From: Paramoeba atlantica
Lineage: Eukaryota; Protista; Discosea
Length of the DNA: 64,000 bases
Direction of reading: 5' to 3'
NCBI GenBank assembly: GCA_977017575.1
Contig: CDRNVI010000019.1
Coordinates: forward strand, 1-64,000
This document shows positions 31,876 to 43,359 of this stretch, one piece after another. Position numbers and translations under genes: made by a program. Under the pieces are notes generated by a model. That model was given only the letters and a program-made list of their open reading frames with translations. It searched no databases and was not told where the DNA came from. Position 1 is the stretch's first letter. Every line of letters starts with the position of its first letter.

Positions 31876-31948
31876 CACTTTGAATACTCGCTTTTTATCA
31901 ACCAAAAAAATTGGTAAATAAAAGTCATGATGAGTTTGAGTCAAAGTG
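31876..31948 (-). promoter_or_regulatory. Candidate eukaryotic SECIS element in the SPS2 3' UTR
   Basis: Minus strand: CACTTTGA...ATGA-CTTTTATTTACC-AA-TTTTTTT-GGTTGATAAAAAGC-GA-GTAT-TCAAAGTG. Spacing is AUGA-N12-AA-N21-GA, with a pairable helix II and an 8-bp helix I. Confidence 0.6.
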
Positions 31949-32141
31949 TTCACAGAAAAACACTCATAGGTGCTTGTATGCATACTAAATATGTATGCTT
32001 GTGTCCGCACTGACTTGTACCTCTATATAAGAGTTATTTCGATGAATTCATTATCCTTCGTGTTACTTGTAAACCGGAATGTGAAGAAGAAAAATGAACC
32101 GGAGCTTAAAATTTAACAGAATGGCATAGCCCTTCTTTCCC

Positions 32142-33500
32142 TCAAAGTGCAGGTTGCACCTTCGTAGCGTGTGGCTCCTCATTTTGGCTTACATCAAGAA
32201 AAAAGTCTTGCGCTGATACATCGACCACAATTACATTGGAGAAACCAGAAGCTGCTTCTTTTTGAACATCTATGACCTCATGCTGGTGTGCTTTCATTCC
32301 ATATACTTTCCTTGCAATGGTATAATCCTCGTCGCTCGAATACAGCTCAGCAAGAGTCTGATTGCAAATCAATGTGCTACCAGTAGTGAGAGATTCATCA
32401 GAATTTAAACTTGAGTCTACAGGTCGAACGCAACCCACAATCCAACCACGAATGCGATCAAGCTCTTCCAATTCCTTTAAGAAAGAGGTGGCTATCGAGA
32501 TATTTGCAAGAGCAATTAAGAGACCACCGGATGTTTCCACACTGCGACCCTCCAAAAGGACGTTACTTTGTTTTGTTGTTCCAGCTATGCACGGGAGAGT
32601 ATGTATTTGTAGACGTAATGAACTTCTTTGCGCTTCGGCAAGATTTGTAGCGTGTCCGAGTATACCATACCCTGTTATATCTGTAGCCCCATGTGCCCTA
32701 TATTTGTGCATAAGACGAGCAGCCGTACGGTTATGATGCAACATAGAACGAACAGCTAGCTGATAATCTTCAATGATTTCATTTGCTTCCGCTAGGCTGG
32801 AAACTTCGTTCCTGTCTCGAGCAACGTTATACCGATGTACGGCAGGTTGCGTTCCTAACGGCTTCGTCAGAACCAGTACATCCCCAACTTCGAGTCCGCT
32901 GGGTGGAATAAAGTCATCCTCGTGCACTACGGCGGTTGCGACTCCCCCAATTATGGGCCAGGGGTTCAGTATTGTTTGACCGCCTGAGACCTGACAATCA
33001 GCTTGACGCATTCCGTCCGCAAAGCCTTGCATCATAAGACGTGTAACAGTATTTCGTATGTCACCACATATTTCTGTACAACTACCTACTAACATTAATG
33101 TGGTATCAGCACGATCTATTCCAAGGCTGTATACATCAGATAAGACGTTAGCAGCTCCAATAAGACCTTGCGTATAAGGATCGTCAACGAGAGGAAAGAA
33201 GAAGTCTGTGGTTGACACAATGTACAGAGTATGACCATGGATCTTGCTCAGTGGTTTAATCGAACAGTCGATATTGTCAGAATTAGTAACACAATGAATT
33301 CCTGAACTTTCTAAAAGATTTTTAAGAACACAGCGGGGTACTTTGCAACCTCAGCCTCGCAAGGATGAGTATTTCGTAAGACGAAAATCAAGGGGCAAAT
33401 CACTTGTCTTCGTAGATGTCGAGTTCGCCTCAGCAATGCAGTTGAAGTTGATAGCTTTTTGCGAAATAGAGGCAGAGCTTCTATTTTCCACCTTATTCAT
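32142..33500 (-). CDS. SEPHS2: Selenophosphate synthetase 2, selenocysteine-containing (UGA at 33351-33353), 452 aa
   Basis: The track ORF (TTDFFFP, ANVLSDVY, GGQT..NPW, DITGYGILGH, ETSGGLL) extends upstream in frame to ATG 33500 through FRLTKYSSLRG-TGA-GCKVP, the SelD active-site G(U/C)GCK motif. Confidence 0.92.
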
Positions 33501-34211
33501 TAACTACAACTGAGCACGGAATAATACGCAACTTGACAATATTCTTGACCTATGGTGTGATCTGCCTTTTCGTATGAGCACGCAGCCCGACGTCTGTCTT
33601 TGATACTCCGAGTCGATGCAACAAAAAACTATATTCTATTGAAAATTACAAACAGACAAGAAATACACAAAATATTCGAACCTGATGACAAACAGAGAAC
33701 TTTATGCATTTATCTGAATATCTAAGTTTGAGCACTGTTCAGAGGCACATTCAACTAGTAGAAGTACACTACTACACCAAGAAATATTTTTGATTTCAAA
33801 TTTGATTTCCCTTAACAAGGCAATTTTATGTATACAGACAACATGAAGCATAATTCACATACATGTATAGAATTAATTACAAGTAGTGGAATGCACAATG
33901 CAGAGAATTTGGGTAAAATAATATGAGAACACGTACTCTTCTGTTTGTGATTTTTCGTTAATAGTGCATTTATTCGCGCTTTAATATCCTCCTGTAACAT
34001 ATTACTTCAAAAATAGATGATATCGCTCTGCCCCTACCACTTTTTTATAAAAAGTTTATTTTGTTCAATAATACTCTTTGCGAGACCACGAAACCTTCAG
34101 ATTTAAAGATCAGGCGCAATACGACATCATCGAGCCCACAAAGTTTCTAACATGCTCATGTACTAGTATTTACCTGTGTGTACTATAGTGAGAATCTAAA
34201 TGCCGCTTTAC

Positions 34212-36059
34212 CTACGTTGCCTGTCGCTTGCTACTAGATTCTTCGCGCCTCTCACGGTCAAACAACTCACGAAGGCGGTCATCATCCGCGTGGTCCGTAC
34301 CCTCTCCCGCTCTCTGCACCCGAGAGCGTTTCCGTCGCATTTCCGCCCGTTCAGGATATAAAATGTCACAATTCGGTCGAATGTGTCCCATACGCTGACA
34401 ATAGGAGCACTGCACCTTTCCTCGCAATTCCGGTTGCTTGTCAAAGCAGCGATCCTCCGTGTGACCGGTTTTGTGACAATAGTCGCAGACCAGACTGGCC
34501 CGAGTTCGCTCTCTCTCGGCAAAGTCAATTCGATCCGAGGGTCGAGGGTGACGCTCGGGATAGCCCTCCGCAGGGGGCCGGCCATACAAACCCATCTCAT
34601 AGGCCGGGGGAGGGGGAGGAGCCCCGGAGAGGCCACCGTGATGCCGCGTGTGCAGCAACTCAGGGTGAAGCACAAAGCAACGCTCCGGGAGGTGATTCAT
34701 CTTGCCGCACCCCGGGCATGGAGGGAGACGGGAGGGGTAGGGCAGAGGGGGGCCAGGCGGGAGGCCCATAGAGAGATAGCCCTCGTGTGGGGGAGGCATT
34801 CCGCTGTGCGAGTAGGCCCCATCCGCGGAGGGGTACGTAGTTTGCGAGTTCGTAGTTCCTGGGACAGGACACTCATCAGCGTGATGCCCCTTCGCTTCAC
34901 ACTTGATGCAGACCCCACCGGGACCACAGCCCAAGCTTTCTAGATTTTGTACTTGGGCTTGTTTCGTACGTAGTCCGGAAGCAATAAACATGGAAAGTCG
35001 AGTGTCTTTGATTTTCCCGCTCATGGTTTCGGCATCTTTTGTCATGGAGCTCAACTTACGGTGCAACAAAGTGTAGTGATTAACAGCGTGCGCTGCGTAG
35101 TCACGCAAAGAATCGGATAGTGGTCGTTCGCCCCATTTCTCGGGGGTGAGCTCTTCTTCCACACTCTCCAGATTGGATGCCATAGGTTTCATTTGGAGCA
35201 CTTTCTTGATAAAATGCGAAAGCGGTCTCACCTGGTTCACGCCAGCTGTCTCCCACTCCCAAAGAAGCCCCAGAGATTGAATGTCAACCAGGTTCCCGAA
35301 ACGCATTTCGGCCTTCTTAATCAGGGACGGGGCAATCTTTTCGATATCAAACACGAGTGTTTTTAGATCACTGTCACTGAAAACAGGACCCAACAGCTTT
35401 GTCACCACTGGAAGTGAAAGTGCCACGACGTCGATAACGTAAATACATGACTCATCATCCGGGGCGACGGCCAGCAACTCAATCGCACTGTCAGAGCCCT
35501 TTACGTGTGGCTCCACGCTTACCATGGTGCACCCCGCAAGTGTGGTGCACGCGCCCAGGAGCTTATCCGGGGTCGAGATCACGTGAATTGGGGGCAGGAA
35601 CTTGGCGGGGGCCAGGATAGTTTCCCCGCTTGCCTTCGGGTGCGTGGGGATATCCCGGTACGAAGCTGGTGGGGGGTAGGAGACATGCGGGCCCTCATAC
35701 GGGCTGCTTCTGGGGTGCGTCACACCGGGGTGGGCAGGGTACCGGTAGCCCTGCGGGGGATACGGGGTTGTTCGCCATTCTCGAGGATTCGGCGGGGGTG
35801 GTGGGTAGTAGGCAGCGGGTGGTGGATAGGCATCATTTGGGCGATACATGTCGTGGCCACTTGGGGGGTAGCTCGCGGGGTAGGGCTCGTGCCTGTGTGG
35901 GTAAGGGGGAGGTCCGCGAGGGGTATCGTACTGAGGGGGAGCGGTAGAATACTCACTTGGGTGCGCGTCACTGGGGTGGATGGGATAAGGGCGCTTGTCG
36001 TATGCCCCGCGAGGAGCGTCATCCAAGTGCCTCTGATAATCCTTGTGATCGTCCGACAT
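34212..36059 (-). CDS. Pro/Tyr-rich N-terminus + DEDDy 3'-5' exonuclease-like domain + four CCHC zinc knuckles; RNA-binding protein
   Basis: EXD1/WRN-like fold (IYVIDV, W..RPLS...DYAA); knuckles CIKCEAKGHHADEC, CPGCGKMNHLPERC, CDYCHKTGHTEDRC, CSYCQRMGHIRPNC. Confidence 0.8.
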   Translation of the reverse strand: MSDDHKDYQRHLDDAPRGAYDKRPYPIHPSDAHPSEYSTAPPQYDTPRGPPPYPHRHEPYPASYPPSGHDMYRPNDAYPPPAAYYPPPPPNPREWRTTPYPPQGYRYPAHPGVTHPRSSPYEGPHVSYPPPASYRDIPTHPKASGETILAPAKFLPPIHVISTPDKLLGACTTLAGCTMVSVEPHVKGSDSAIELLAVAPDDESCIYVIDVVALSLPVVTKLLGPVFSDSDLKTLVFDIEKIAPSLIKKAEMRFGNLVDIQSLGLLWEWETAGVNQVRPLSHFIKKVLQMKPMASNLESVEEELTPEKWGERPLSDSLRDYAAHAVNHYTLLHRKLSSMTKDAETMSGKIKDTRLSMFIASGLRTKQAQVQNLESLGCGPGGVCIKCEAKGHHADECPVPGTTNSQTTYPSADGAYSHSGMPPPHEGYLSMGLPPGPPLPYPSRLPPCPGCGKMNHLPERCFVLHPELLHTRHHGGLSGAPPPPPAYEMGLYGRPPAEGYPERHPRPSDRIDFAERERTRASLVCDYCHKTGHTEDRCFDKQPELRGKVQCSYCQRMGHIRPNCDILYPERAEMRRKRSRVQRAGEGTDHADDDRLRELFDRERREESSSKRQAT

Positions 36060-36352
36060 GTTCTGCTCGTAAAATAAGTTTCGATAATATTTCTACCTTC
36101 TTCGCTTTGAACGTTATTTTTATTACTGATTAGAGAGATATAGGAGTACTTATACACACATACTGTACGTAGGTTTAAATATTAAAAGGCTGAAATGCGG
36201 TAGCCGGGTCAAAAATTCCTTAAATTTCATACCTAGTACTTTAGATTGTCTTGCAAAAGTGATTGCTACTGGTGAACCAATTACTTTTTTAATGGAAAAT
36301 AAGTTCTCTGACTCATTCCTATACAGCAACGAAACCCATCGGAGTTGAACTG

Positions 36353-37324
36353 CTAAATTCTGCCCAGCAACGCACGTCTCGAATTGAGGTACCAATCCCA
36401 CTCTCGCTCTACAAAAATACACAACAAGACATCCTTATTTTCTGAACCACGTGTATTATGAAACATGTATTTATTGCCACATTCGTCATCTTTATCCCTT
36501 TGTCTCTCTAAACCTAATAACGAAAGCAATCCTTTGCGGTGTTCAACTTTTTTTGATGAAGGCACGAAACATTCCTTGTCCACTTTGTGAAGTTGTTGAA
36601 AGGCACAAACGAGTGCCTCCATTGTCATGTTAGGCAGGTCGTTGCTCCACTTACCGGAAGGTATACCAGAACTAAGTGGGGGTAGCCGCAAAATGTGACA
36701 CGGGCTTCTAGAAAATTCATGGAGAATATTGCGATACACTCGGGCAAGCTCTTGTATCGCTTGGTGTCGAGAGTACTGACCCGTAGAAAGGTCAGGGCTG
36801 CGAGTATGTATAACATGTTTGTTTTCACCATACACACGATACACGGCTTGATCACTATCGAGCAAGCTGTCGGCAACCGAGACTTCGTCAGCATCAGAGT
36901 TGTGAGGCCCGAGCCACTTCAGCAGGTGCCCGCTTGATGTGCCTAGACTCTGCCTAGAGTTAAGATTTGTGCATCTCGTGTCCACTATAGCGGTGTCCTC
37001 ATCAGGAGGAGGGGCTATAGTGAGCATAGAGCGGCTTCCACTTGAGAGTTGGGTTCCCATCACTCCGTACGGTACAAATATCATTTGTTTGAGAAACGGA
37101 ACGCTTTCATTCTCTCGCGTGAGGTATCGAATGAGCAGTTTATAAGCGATGTAGCCAGCAAGCAGTGCGCTGCTTCTCTTTAGAAAGCTTACATAGGGAT
37201 TCCTTCTTTTGGTCTCAACTGGACCGTAAAGCTGTTTGGGAGCACGAGGACGATTATCGGAAATAAAATTCCATCGACATTGTGAGGGATTGAAATTTGG
37301 ATTGAAACGTTCTGGAAGAGACAT
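36353..37324 (-). CDS. Macro-domain-like protein with an N-terminal hydrophobic segment
   Basis: VIHTRSPD...ELARVYRNILHEF...LRLPPLSSGIPSG resembles the macro VIHxVGP / iPaISsGifg motifs. First ATG at 37324. Confidence 0.6.
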   Translation of the reverse strand: MSLPERFNPNFNPSQCRWNFISDNRPRAPKQLYGPVETKRRNPYVSFLKRSSALLAGYIAYKLLIRYLTRENESVPFLKQMIFVPYGVMGTQLSSGSRSMLTIAPPPDEDTAIVDTRCTNLNSRQSLGTSSGHLLKWLGPHNSDADEVSVADSLLDSDQAVYRVYGENKHVIHTRSPDLSTGQYSRHQAIQELARVYRNILHEFSRSPCHILRLPPLSSGIPSGKWSNDLPNMTMEALVCAFQQLHKVDKECFVPSSKKVEHRKGLLSLLGLERQRDKDDECGNKYMFHNTRGSENKDVLLCIFVEREWDWYLNSRRALLGRI

Positions 37325-37714
37325 TCTCCGGCGGTTCACATTAGAAAGAAAGCCAGTAATATTAAATAACGTCAGAGAAAGTGAACTGCAATAGACCCAA
37401 GAACGAAAATAAAACCTTCTCTTTTACTCTCTATTAATAGAGAAGAAATTTCAGAAGTCTTATCATCATTGACCCATTTATAACGTACACTGTGTAGTAC
37501 ATGCCCAGCTTTTTAGATGGATGGAATACGTAAAGTACATCGTGAAAGACTGTTTTCAATTGGTTTGAAACCCTTGTTGAAGTCCTTGTTCTGAAGCGTA
37601 ATTTTTGGAAAATATATATTTTTTGATTTGCTTTAGAGCATTAGTCGATGATATACCAATTACGTGAAACATTACATTTACATGTAAAAGAATTCATATT
37701 ACTTTATCGCTATC

Positions 37715-38746
37715 TTATATCACAGATCTCAAAGTTTTAGCCGTCTGGATAGAATGCTTGACTACTCGCTGCAAGGATATGATGCTCAGTAAAAGAAGGA
37801 CCATCAGGTGGAATTTATCAGAAAATCTTAGAAATTCTGCGGGAAAGTATGTTGTCGGGAATTTTGTAATCTTGTTCAAAAAATGATTTCTGTTTTTCCA
37901 CCAATGCGAAATTCGACGTAGATAATTTTGTAATATTGCTAAAAGACGACGAGCCAGGGTTCTGAAGGTGAAAAAAAATTGCTTAGTGAATGTGTCATTG
38001 TTCGCGTCAAAATTAGAGTCCAGAAAAGGAACAGCTCCCAATTCCTCCTTCGCATTCGCCAACCGTGAATCAATTTTTTGTAAAATCTGATTGTAGGTAT
38101 CATTTCCGACCCGAGGGAGAAGAATAGTTGCATTTCGAATTAGATAGTCTCGACATTTCGGAAGGTCTTGCTCGTATGATGCTATAAGAATATCAAGAGC
38201 CGACGTGGCTACCCAGGTTACACCAAGTTCACCTTTGCACTTATTTTCAACATGACCACATGGAAGTGCAAAAATTAAATATTCGCAAATATCTCGAACA
38301 GGTATTGGAGATTGAAGTTCCCGAATTTGGTACTTAATTCTGGTGTATAGGAGTAATGAGCTAGGAGAAGCACGCTTCCATAAATCGGATTTCAAAGAGC
38401 CTTTGCTCAAGTAGATAATTTCAAAGAATTCTATAGCTTGCGGCAGCTTGTCAAGCTCAAAAAGGTTTTGCAAGACCAAAAGCACAGCTCTATTGAAGTC
38501 TGATCTGGTGTAGCTGCCCTGTGACACCTCATAGTGCTTTAAAGCTAACAAGGTCCAATTCAAGGAAATTGAAAAATCAGCACATGAAAGTAGCTCTTCG
38601 CACGTATCAAGGTATTCGCAACAAATTTTGTCCGAGGTACCGTTGTGAAGCTGAGTTTTCAGTTGCAAGGAAGTGACGCTTGTTTCTGCCTGAATAGGAA
38701 CTATACCGTTTTGGTGCCACGAGTCAAATAGATTTTTAAGCTTCAT
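37715..38746 (-). CDS. Tail-anchored protein, possibly Pex26/APEM9-like peroxin
   Basis: AVLLVLQNLFELDKL...SLLLYTRIK resembles Pex26/APEM9 (IQALAE..R..E...LCILLYSK); C-terminal TM FHLMVLLLLSIISL with a short basic tail. Confidence 0.4.
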   Translation of the reverse strand: MKLKNLFDSWHQNGIVPIQAETSVTSLQLKTQLHNGTSDKICCEYLDTCEELLSCADFSISLNWTLLALKHYEVSQGSYTRSDFNRAVLLVLQNLFELDKLPQAIEFFEIIYLSKGSLKSDLWKRASPSSLLLYTRIKYQIRELQSPIPVRDICEYLIFALPCGHVENKCKGELGVTWVATSALDILIASYEQDLPKCRDYLIRNATILLPRVGNDTYNQILQKIDSRLANAKEELGAVPFLDSNFDANNDTFTKQFFFTFRTLARRLLAILQNYLRRISHWWKNRNHFLNKITKFPTTYFPAEFLRFSDKFHLMVLLLLSIISLQRVVKHSIQTAKTLRSVI

Positions 38747-39239
38747 TTGATACGATTCGATAATCTAAATGATGAATGTCATACGATTGGTATGAAAGCG
38801 TTTGAGCAAAACTTTTTCTCAAAAAAACACCGTTTAATTCACTGAAATTAACATTGAGTTAAAGGGTGGTATTAATTCACCATTTAATTTATCGTTCACA
38901 GGTTTGGCAGCCGAACCATTTTGGACAGGTTCGTAGAGCATCCACTTGAACTCACGCTTTGCCCCCTGTAGGTCGGGCTACACGTCAAACTCAAAGGTTT
39001 TGTCTCTGAACGCATACTCCCGTTGTAGGGGATTTGTTTGAGGTGGGCCCCTAAACGCAGTCTCCCTGGTATCGGATCGATCCGATACCAGGGAAAGGCG
39101 TCCCACCCAGTGAGAATGGCTTCAAACTGAAATACCTATTGTCCGTTCTCTATCCATACGATTTACTTACTTTGTACAGAATAATACAATTGATTTTGTC
39201 GCGAATTTACCTTAATTCTTAACAGATACTTTTCGCCGT

Positions 39240-39770
39240 TTAAGAGTATGTTGCATCGCGTTTGAAAATATGCCGTGGAATATGTAGGCAAAAGTTGCAT
39301 CTGTACTTCTCTATCAAAACTTCGGGGGATAGATCTAGCGATTCGAGATCTCGTTGCACCTCTCTAGCCCATGAGCTTTCATTAAAATTTGACAAATACG
39401 GCATGCAAGCCAAGTCGTTGTTATCTATCTCATCCGTTTTAAATAGAATAGATTTGATAGGGTGTAAGGCATTTGCGCGAAAGATGCGACCGGCAAGCGC
39501 AAGTCTGTGCAGAGAGATGAGAATAGCTATGGATGGTAAGCCAGCGTGAGCTTGTAAAGCAAAATGTGAAATATAGTGTTTTCTACCCCATGCGTCAAAG
39601 TAATAGAAGATGTCAAGAACACTGGATAGATGGTTAATGTATGTCCTATTGAGATCGAATAAGTCTTTTGAGGACAGAACCCATGATTCCGCTCCATATA
39701 GAAGAATCGGCAGCACACACGTCTTATATACAGTCCAGGTACTGGTTTCCTCCCCCAGGCTCCAGAGCAC
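39240..39770 (-). pseudogene. Degenerate LINE (RTE/ingi-like) post-RT fragment
   Basis: VYKTCVLPILLYGAESWVL...LHRLALAGRIFR is typical of the region C-terminal to RT in APE-type LINEs. Confidence 0.7.
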
Positions 39771-41172
39771 ACCGTAAGAGCTTTTGACCTAATTCCTTCG
39801 GCATTCAACAGATCTCGAAAAACTAGAGCGTTTCCCACCGTTTGCGTGCCTATCACCCTCCCTGGGTCAAAAATGTTTAGAAAAAGCACGAAAAAATAGC
39901 ATAAGTTTACTAAAAAATCCAAATATTTCGAAAATTTGGGAGTTTTTTATTCAAATATGGTTTCTCATTCTATGAATTTGAGGGATACTCCCGTCAAATC
40001 TACTAAAGACCAGTACTAAAGGCCAGTACAACTCGACGAAAAGCAAGATACCCCCTATTACCCATAAAACGTCACGATGTGCACTCGCAGAGCGCCTTAA
40101 CCGAATTGTTAAGGAAAATTTGATACCAGAGACTGAAAAACAGCTCCGGAAGGCGCTAAAGAAAGCCTTTATGATGCTTAAGCGTCATCCTCATGGGCGC
40201 TAATTTTTAATTTGCATAAATTCAGTTCCTAAACGCTTGCGAATTGTGCGGAGCGTTCAAGGAGACCATTGTAGGTACTAATATATAGGAATCTATACTA
40301 ATATATCTATCTGTACTAATATACAACTTTGGGATGCAACTTTGGGAAACGCACTAGTTTTTCGAGATCTGTCGAATGCCGAAGGAATTAGGTCAAAAGC
40401 TCTTACGGCGCGCTCTGCAGCCTGGGGGGGGGGGAAACCAATACCTGGACTGTATGTCAACTCTTTCAGACTTGGATAGACTCTGTTTGCGCCATATAGG
40501 GCTAATTGATTTGAAAGCCAGGTTAGCGTGCTTTATACGGCAGGCAACTGTCTGCTTAAAATCGCCGGATATGTCAATTTCTGTTCCTAGATATTTGTAA
40601 GATTTAACCTAACGAACAAGACCAGAAGAAATCTTAAAGTTTATGTCCGGAGGAGTTTCCCATAGGGGTTCCGCTGGAACATAATTTAATTTATCGTTGT
40701 ATGCAAAGGAGAAACAAGTCAGAAAATGTTAAATAGTGCCGAGTCGGTTCGGGTAGGACATAAAACAGGCTTTGCTGTTATACAACCTGGACAAGCTTGC
40801 TATTCAAAATAAGGTACAAAAATGGTGTATGAAACCCTAAGGATGATCAAATCTCGCCATTTTCCCCCCAATTTTTAAAAGTTTTGAAGGGCACCCCAAA
40901 TACCAAAATTATTTACTTGTATTTCATCAGCACATCTTCTGGGGCCATTCGTGCTTTCAATTTCCAATTTCGCTCGTTAATGTGTTGTCCATGCAGCATC
41001 GATGCCCTACCGAACTCTACAAGTCTATCACATCTTTTGACAACCTGGTGTGCTACAATTTGAGCCGTAGAACTCTTATTTTCTATAAATGTCCCCGAAT
41101 CGCTTGGTCAATGTCTTCTCTTTCGTCAACACCTCTTTAGAAAGATTGTAAAATCGCTCAACATTTGAAGTA

Positions 41173-41901
41173 CTGTACCCCCCCTACTCAATTGTCTCCG
41201 CTTTTTGGGAAAAAGGACAATTAAATAGGGGAATGGGTGCAAAATTAGAAGAAAGTAGGGGGAAAAAAATTTGCGCCGCTTCGCGCCGCATGTTTCACTC
41301 TATGCTACTATCTGCTATTATTGTTCTTGTGTAAGCGTAGGTCCAATGGACACTAAAAAATTTGCGATGGGTCCCACTAGAGGATTTTCTAGAGGCCCTA
41401 CCCAAGGGACAGGAGGCTGTACTCTCACTCAACGCCCCAGAGGACCAGTAACCCGTTGTTCATTGGAGGTAGTTCCCGTGTCCGATAAATGGGGCTCTGA
41501 GGGAGAGTCGCCATTTCCAGGAAGGGGGTTAGATGAAGGGTAATCACCGGGAGCATTAACGTTTTCCGGAAGAGAGAAAGACGAATGGAAGTCAACTGAA
41601 GGGTTACCATTTTCCGGTAGGGGAAGAGATGAAAGGGATTGGCTGGACGGGTTAGCCATCATACCAATCGGTTCCTACCTCGGAGAACCATCAGTGCAAA
41701 AGAGTAAAAAATGAGTCAAATATTGTGTAACAAGATGTAATACGGTGCCCGTAGGACGTATATCACATTACACTAGAAAATAAAAAAATGAACAGAAAAA
41801 ATCGGCTCCGCTTCGCGGCGCCTCGTGCCCAAGGCTCTGTCAAAAAGGACAATTAAATAGGGGGGGTAGACGGGTGACAATTAAGTAGGGGGGGGGTACA
41901 G
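41173..41901. mobile_element. MITE with TIR CTGTACCCCCC...ATTGTC and TA duplication
   Basis: TA|CTGTACCCCCCCTACTCAATTGTC ... GACAATTAAGTAGGGGGGGGGTACAG|TA, with subterminal AAAAGGACAATTAAATAGGGG repeats. Confidence 0.8.
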
Positions 41902-41916
41902 TATTTGTTTTTTTTG

Positions 41917-42489
41917 CAGGGCCCGCGGAAACTTTTTAAAAGCTAAAAAAAGCTTTTTCAGATCAGAAGGAGAAAGCGCTTTAAAAGCATTAGTCGAGCT
42001 TTTTTTTAGCGTTCGAGCTTTTGAATACATGGGTACACCACTTCATTGTCTACGCAACCGCCGTAGCTCATTTCGGCTAAAAGTTGCCTGCCATAACGTA
42101 TCTGCCTGCCCTCATGTCGTATCTCATAGCTGACTAGGGCCTCTCAATACAATTAAATACACGCTCCACTTCTAAAATATCTATTGGGGTGAAGTAAAAC
42201 ATCTGGGGTGGAGGGGCACATGGACGAAAAAATTAAAAGGCAGCAACAGGGTACAGAAATGCAAATGTAGGTTACTGTATCGGGAAAATCTCTACCATCG
42301 GGACCAGTGGTGCGTTCGAAATACTCTAAGCGGAAAGCTCATCGGGCCAAGTTGCTATCGCTCGTCATAGAATAAGAATAAAGCGGTAAAATAATTCTCT
42401 CATAAAAAAAGTTTTTAAAAGCTCTATTAAAAAGTTGAAAGCGCTTTAAAAGCCTTTTTTTGGAAGTTTAAAAGTTTCCGCGGGCCCTG
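41917..42489. mobile_element. MITE-like element with TIR CAGGGCCCGCGGAAACTTTT
   Basis: Inverted termini visible at 41917 and 42489. No clear TSD. A related end lies near 15388. Confidence 0.6.
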
Positions 42490-42529
42490 AATTTTGGAAC
42501 AAATTTGGGGGAAAAAGAGAGATTCGACC

Positions 42530-42805
42530 CTAAGGATTATGTTTTAAACGTTGAGCAAGTTTTGCTTGCTTTGCCTGGCGCTCAGCGTTCTGTTTGGCCG
42601 TAATTTTCTTAAGAATTCCTTCTTGTTGCAACAAAACTTTCATCTGACGCTTCCATTTCCTTGCCAATTCGTATTTTCGCAAAGCAAATCCATACGGACG
42701 CATGTTCCTCAATCCCCGGGAATCAGTTAAATCCTCAATAAGATTTCGTGAAAGGACGGGTCCTACATGTGTCCGAGGAGACATTAATAAAGAACAACGA
42801 AGCAT
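42530..42805 (-). CDS. Small basic protein, possibly mitochondrion-targeted (MLRCSLL...)
   Basis: K/R-rich ORF on the cluster strand with a short MLR-type presequence; family not recognised. Confidence 0.45.
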   Translation of the reverse strand: MLRCSLLMSPRTHVGPVLSRNLIEDLTDSRGLRNMRPYGFALRKYELARKWKRQMKVLLQQEGILKKITAKQNAERQAKQAKLAQRLKHNP

Positions 42806-43359
42806 TAACGGAAAGAACGAGCCTACCTGGAAGGTATTTTTCATTGAAAGTCTTCTTGTAATCAGAAGGTATGATTGGATGGTCGTTGAAGCAATATTCG
42901 GCGCAATATGCTTAAAATTGGGACGTTCAAAAGATACATGGTCATATGTGTTGGAATACAGGGTATTTTAGAAATATCGTTATTAAATACTATTTTTTTT
43001 GGAACACTGACGACACTGATCAGAGGAAATGCAAGTACCGTAGACCCCCCAGTAAGAAACTTACCCCGCTAAGAGAGATTCGGCCCATTTTGGGCTGACT
43101 CCTAGTACTGTAACGAAGATTGGGCTGACAGGGACTAGCTGGCAGGGACAGAGATTTGACATTTTTGGCCCAAAACCGATTCTATTACTGATGGATTCCA
43201 TTACAGCCAGAATCTGTTATATATTTTCTTCCAGCTATCGTATACCACGGCGGTACCAATCTTTTAATTCTATTACTGGCAGGTCTGCGGTAAATAATTT
43301 AGGTAAAAGGTAATCTATTTAGTGCTTTTTAAAAGTTTAGGAAACAGAGGCAAAAAACT

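Noticed and set aside
31950-32060. Two other ATGA...AA SECIS candidates closer to the SPS2 stop
   Set aside because: Helix II cannot form or is too short, and no correctly spaced GA partner exists.
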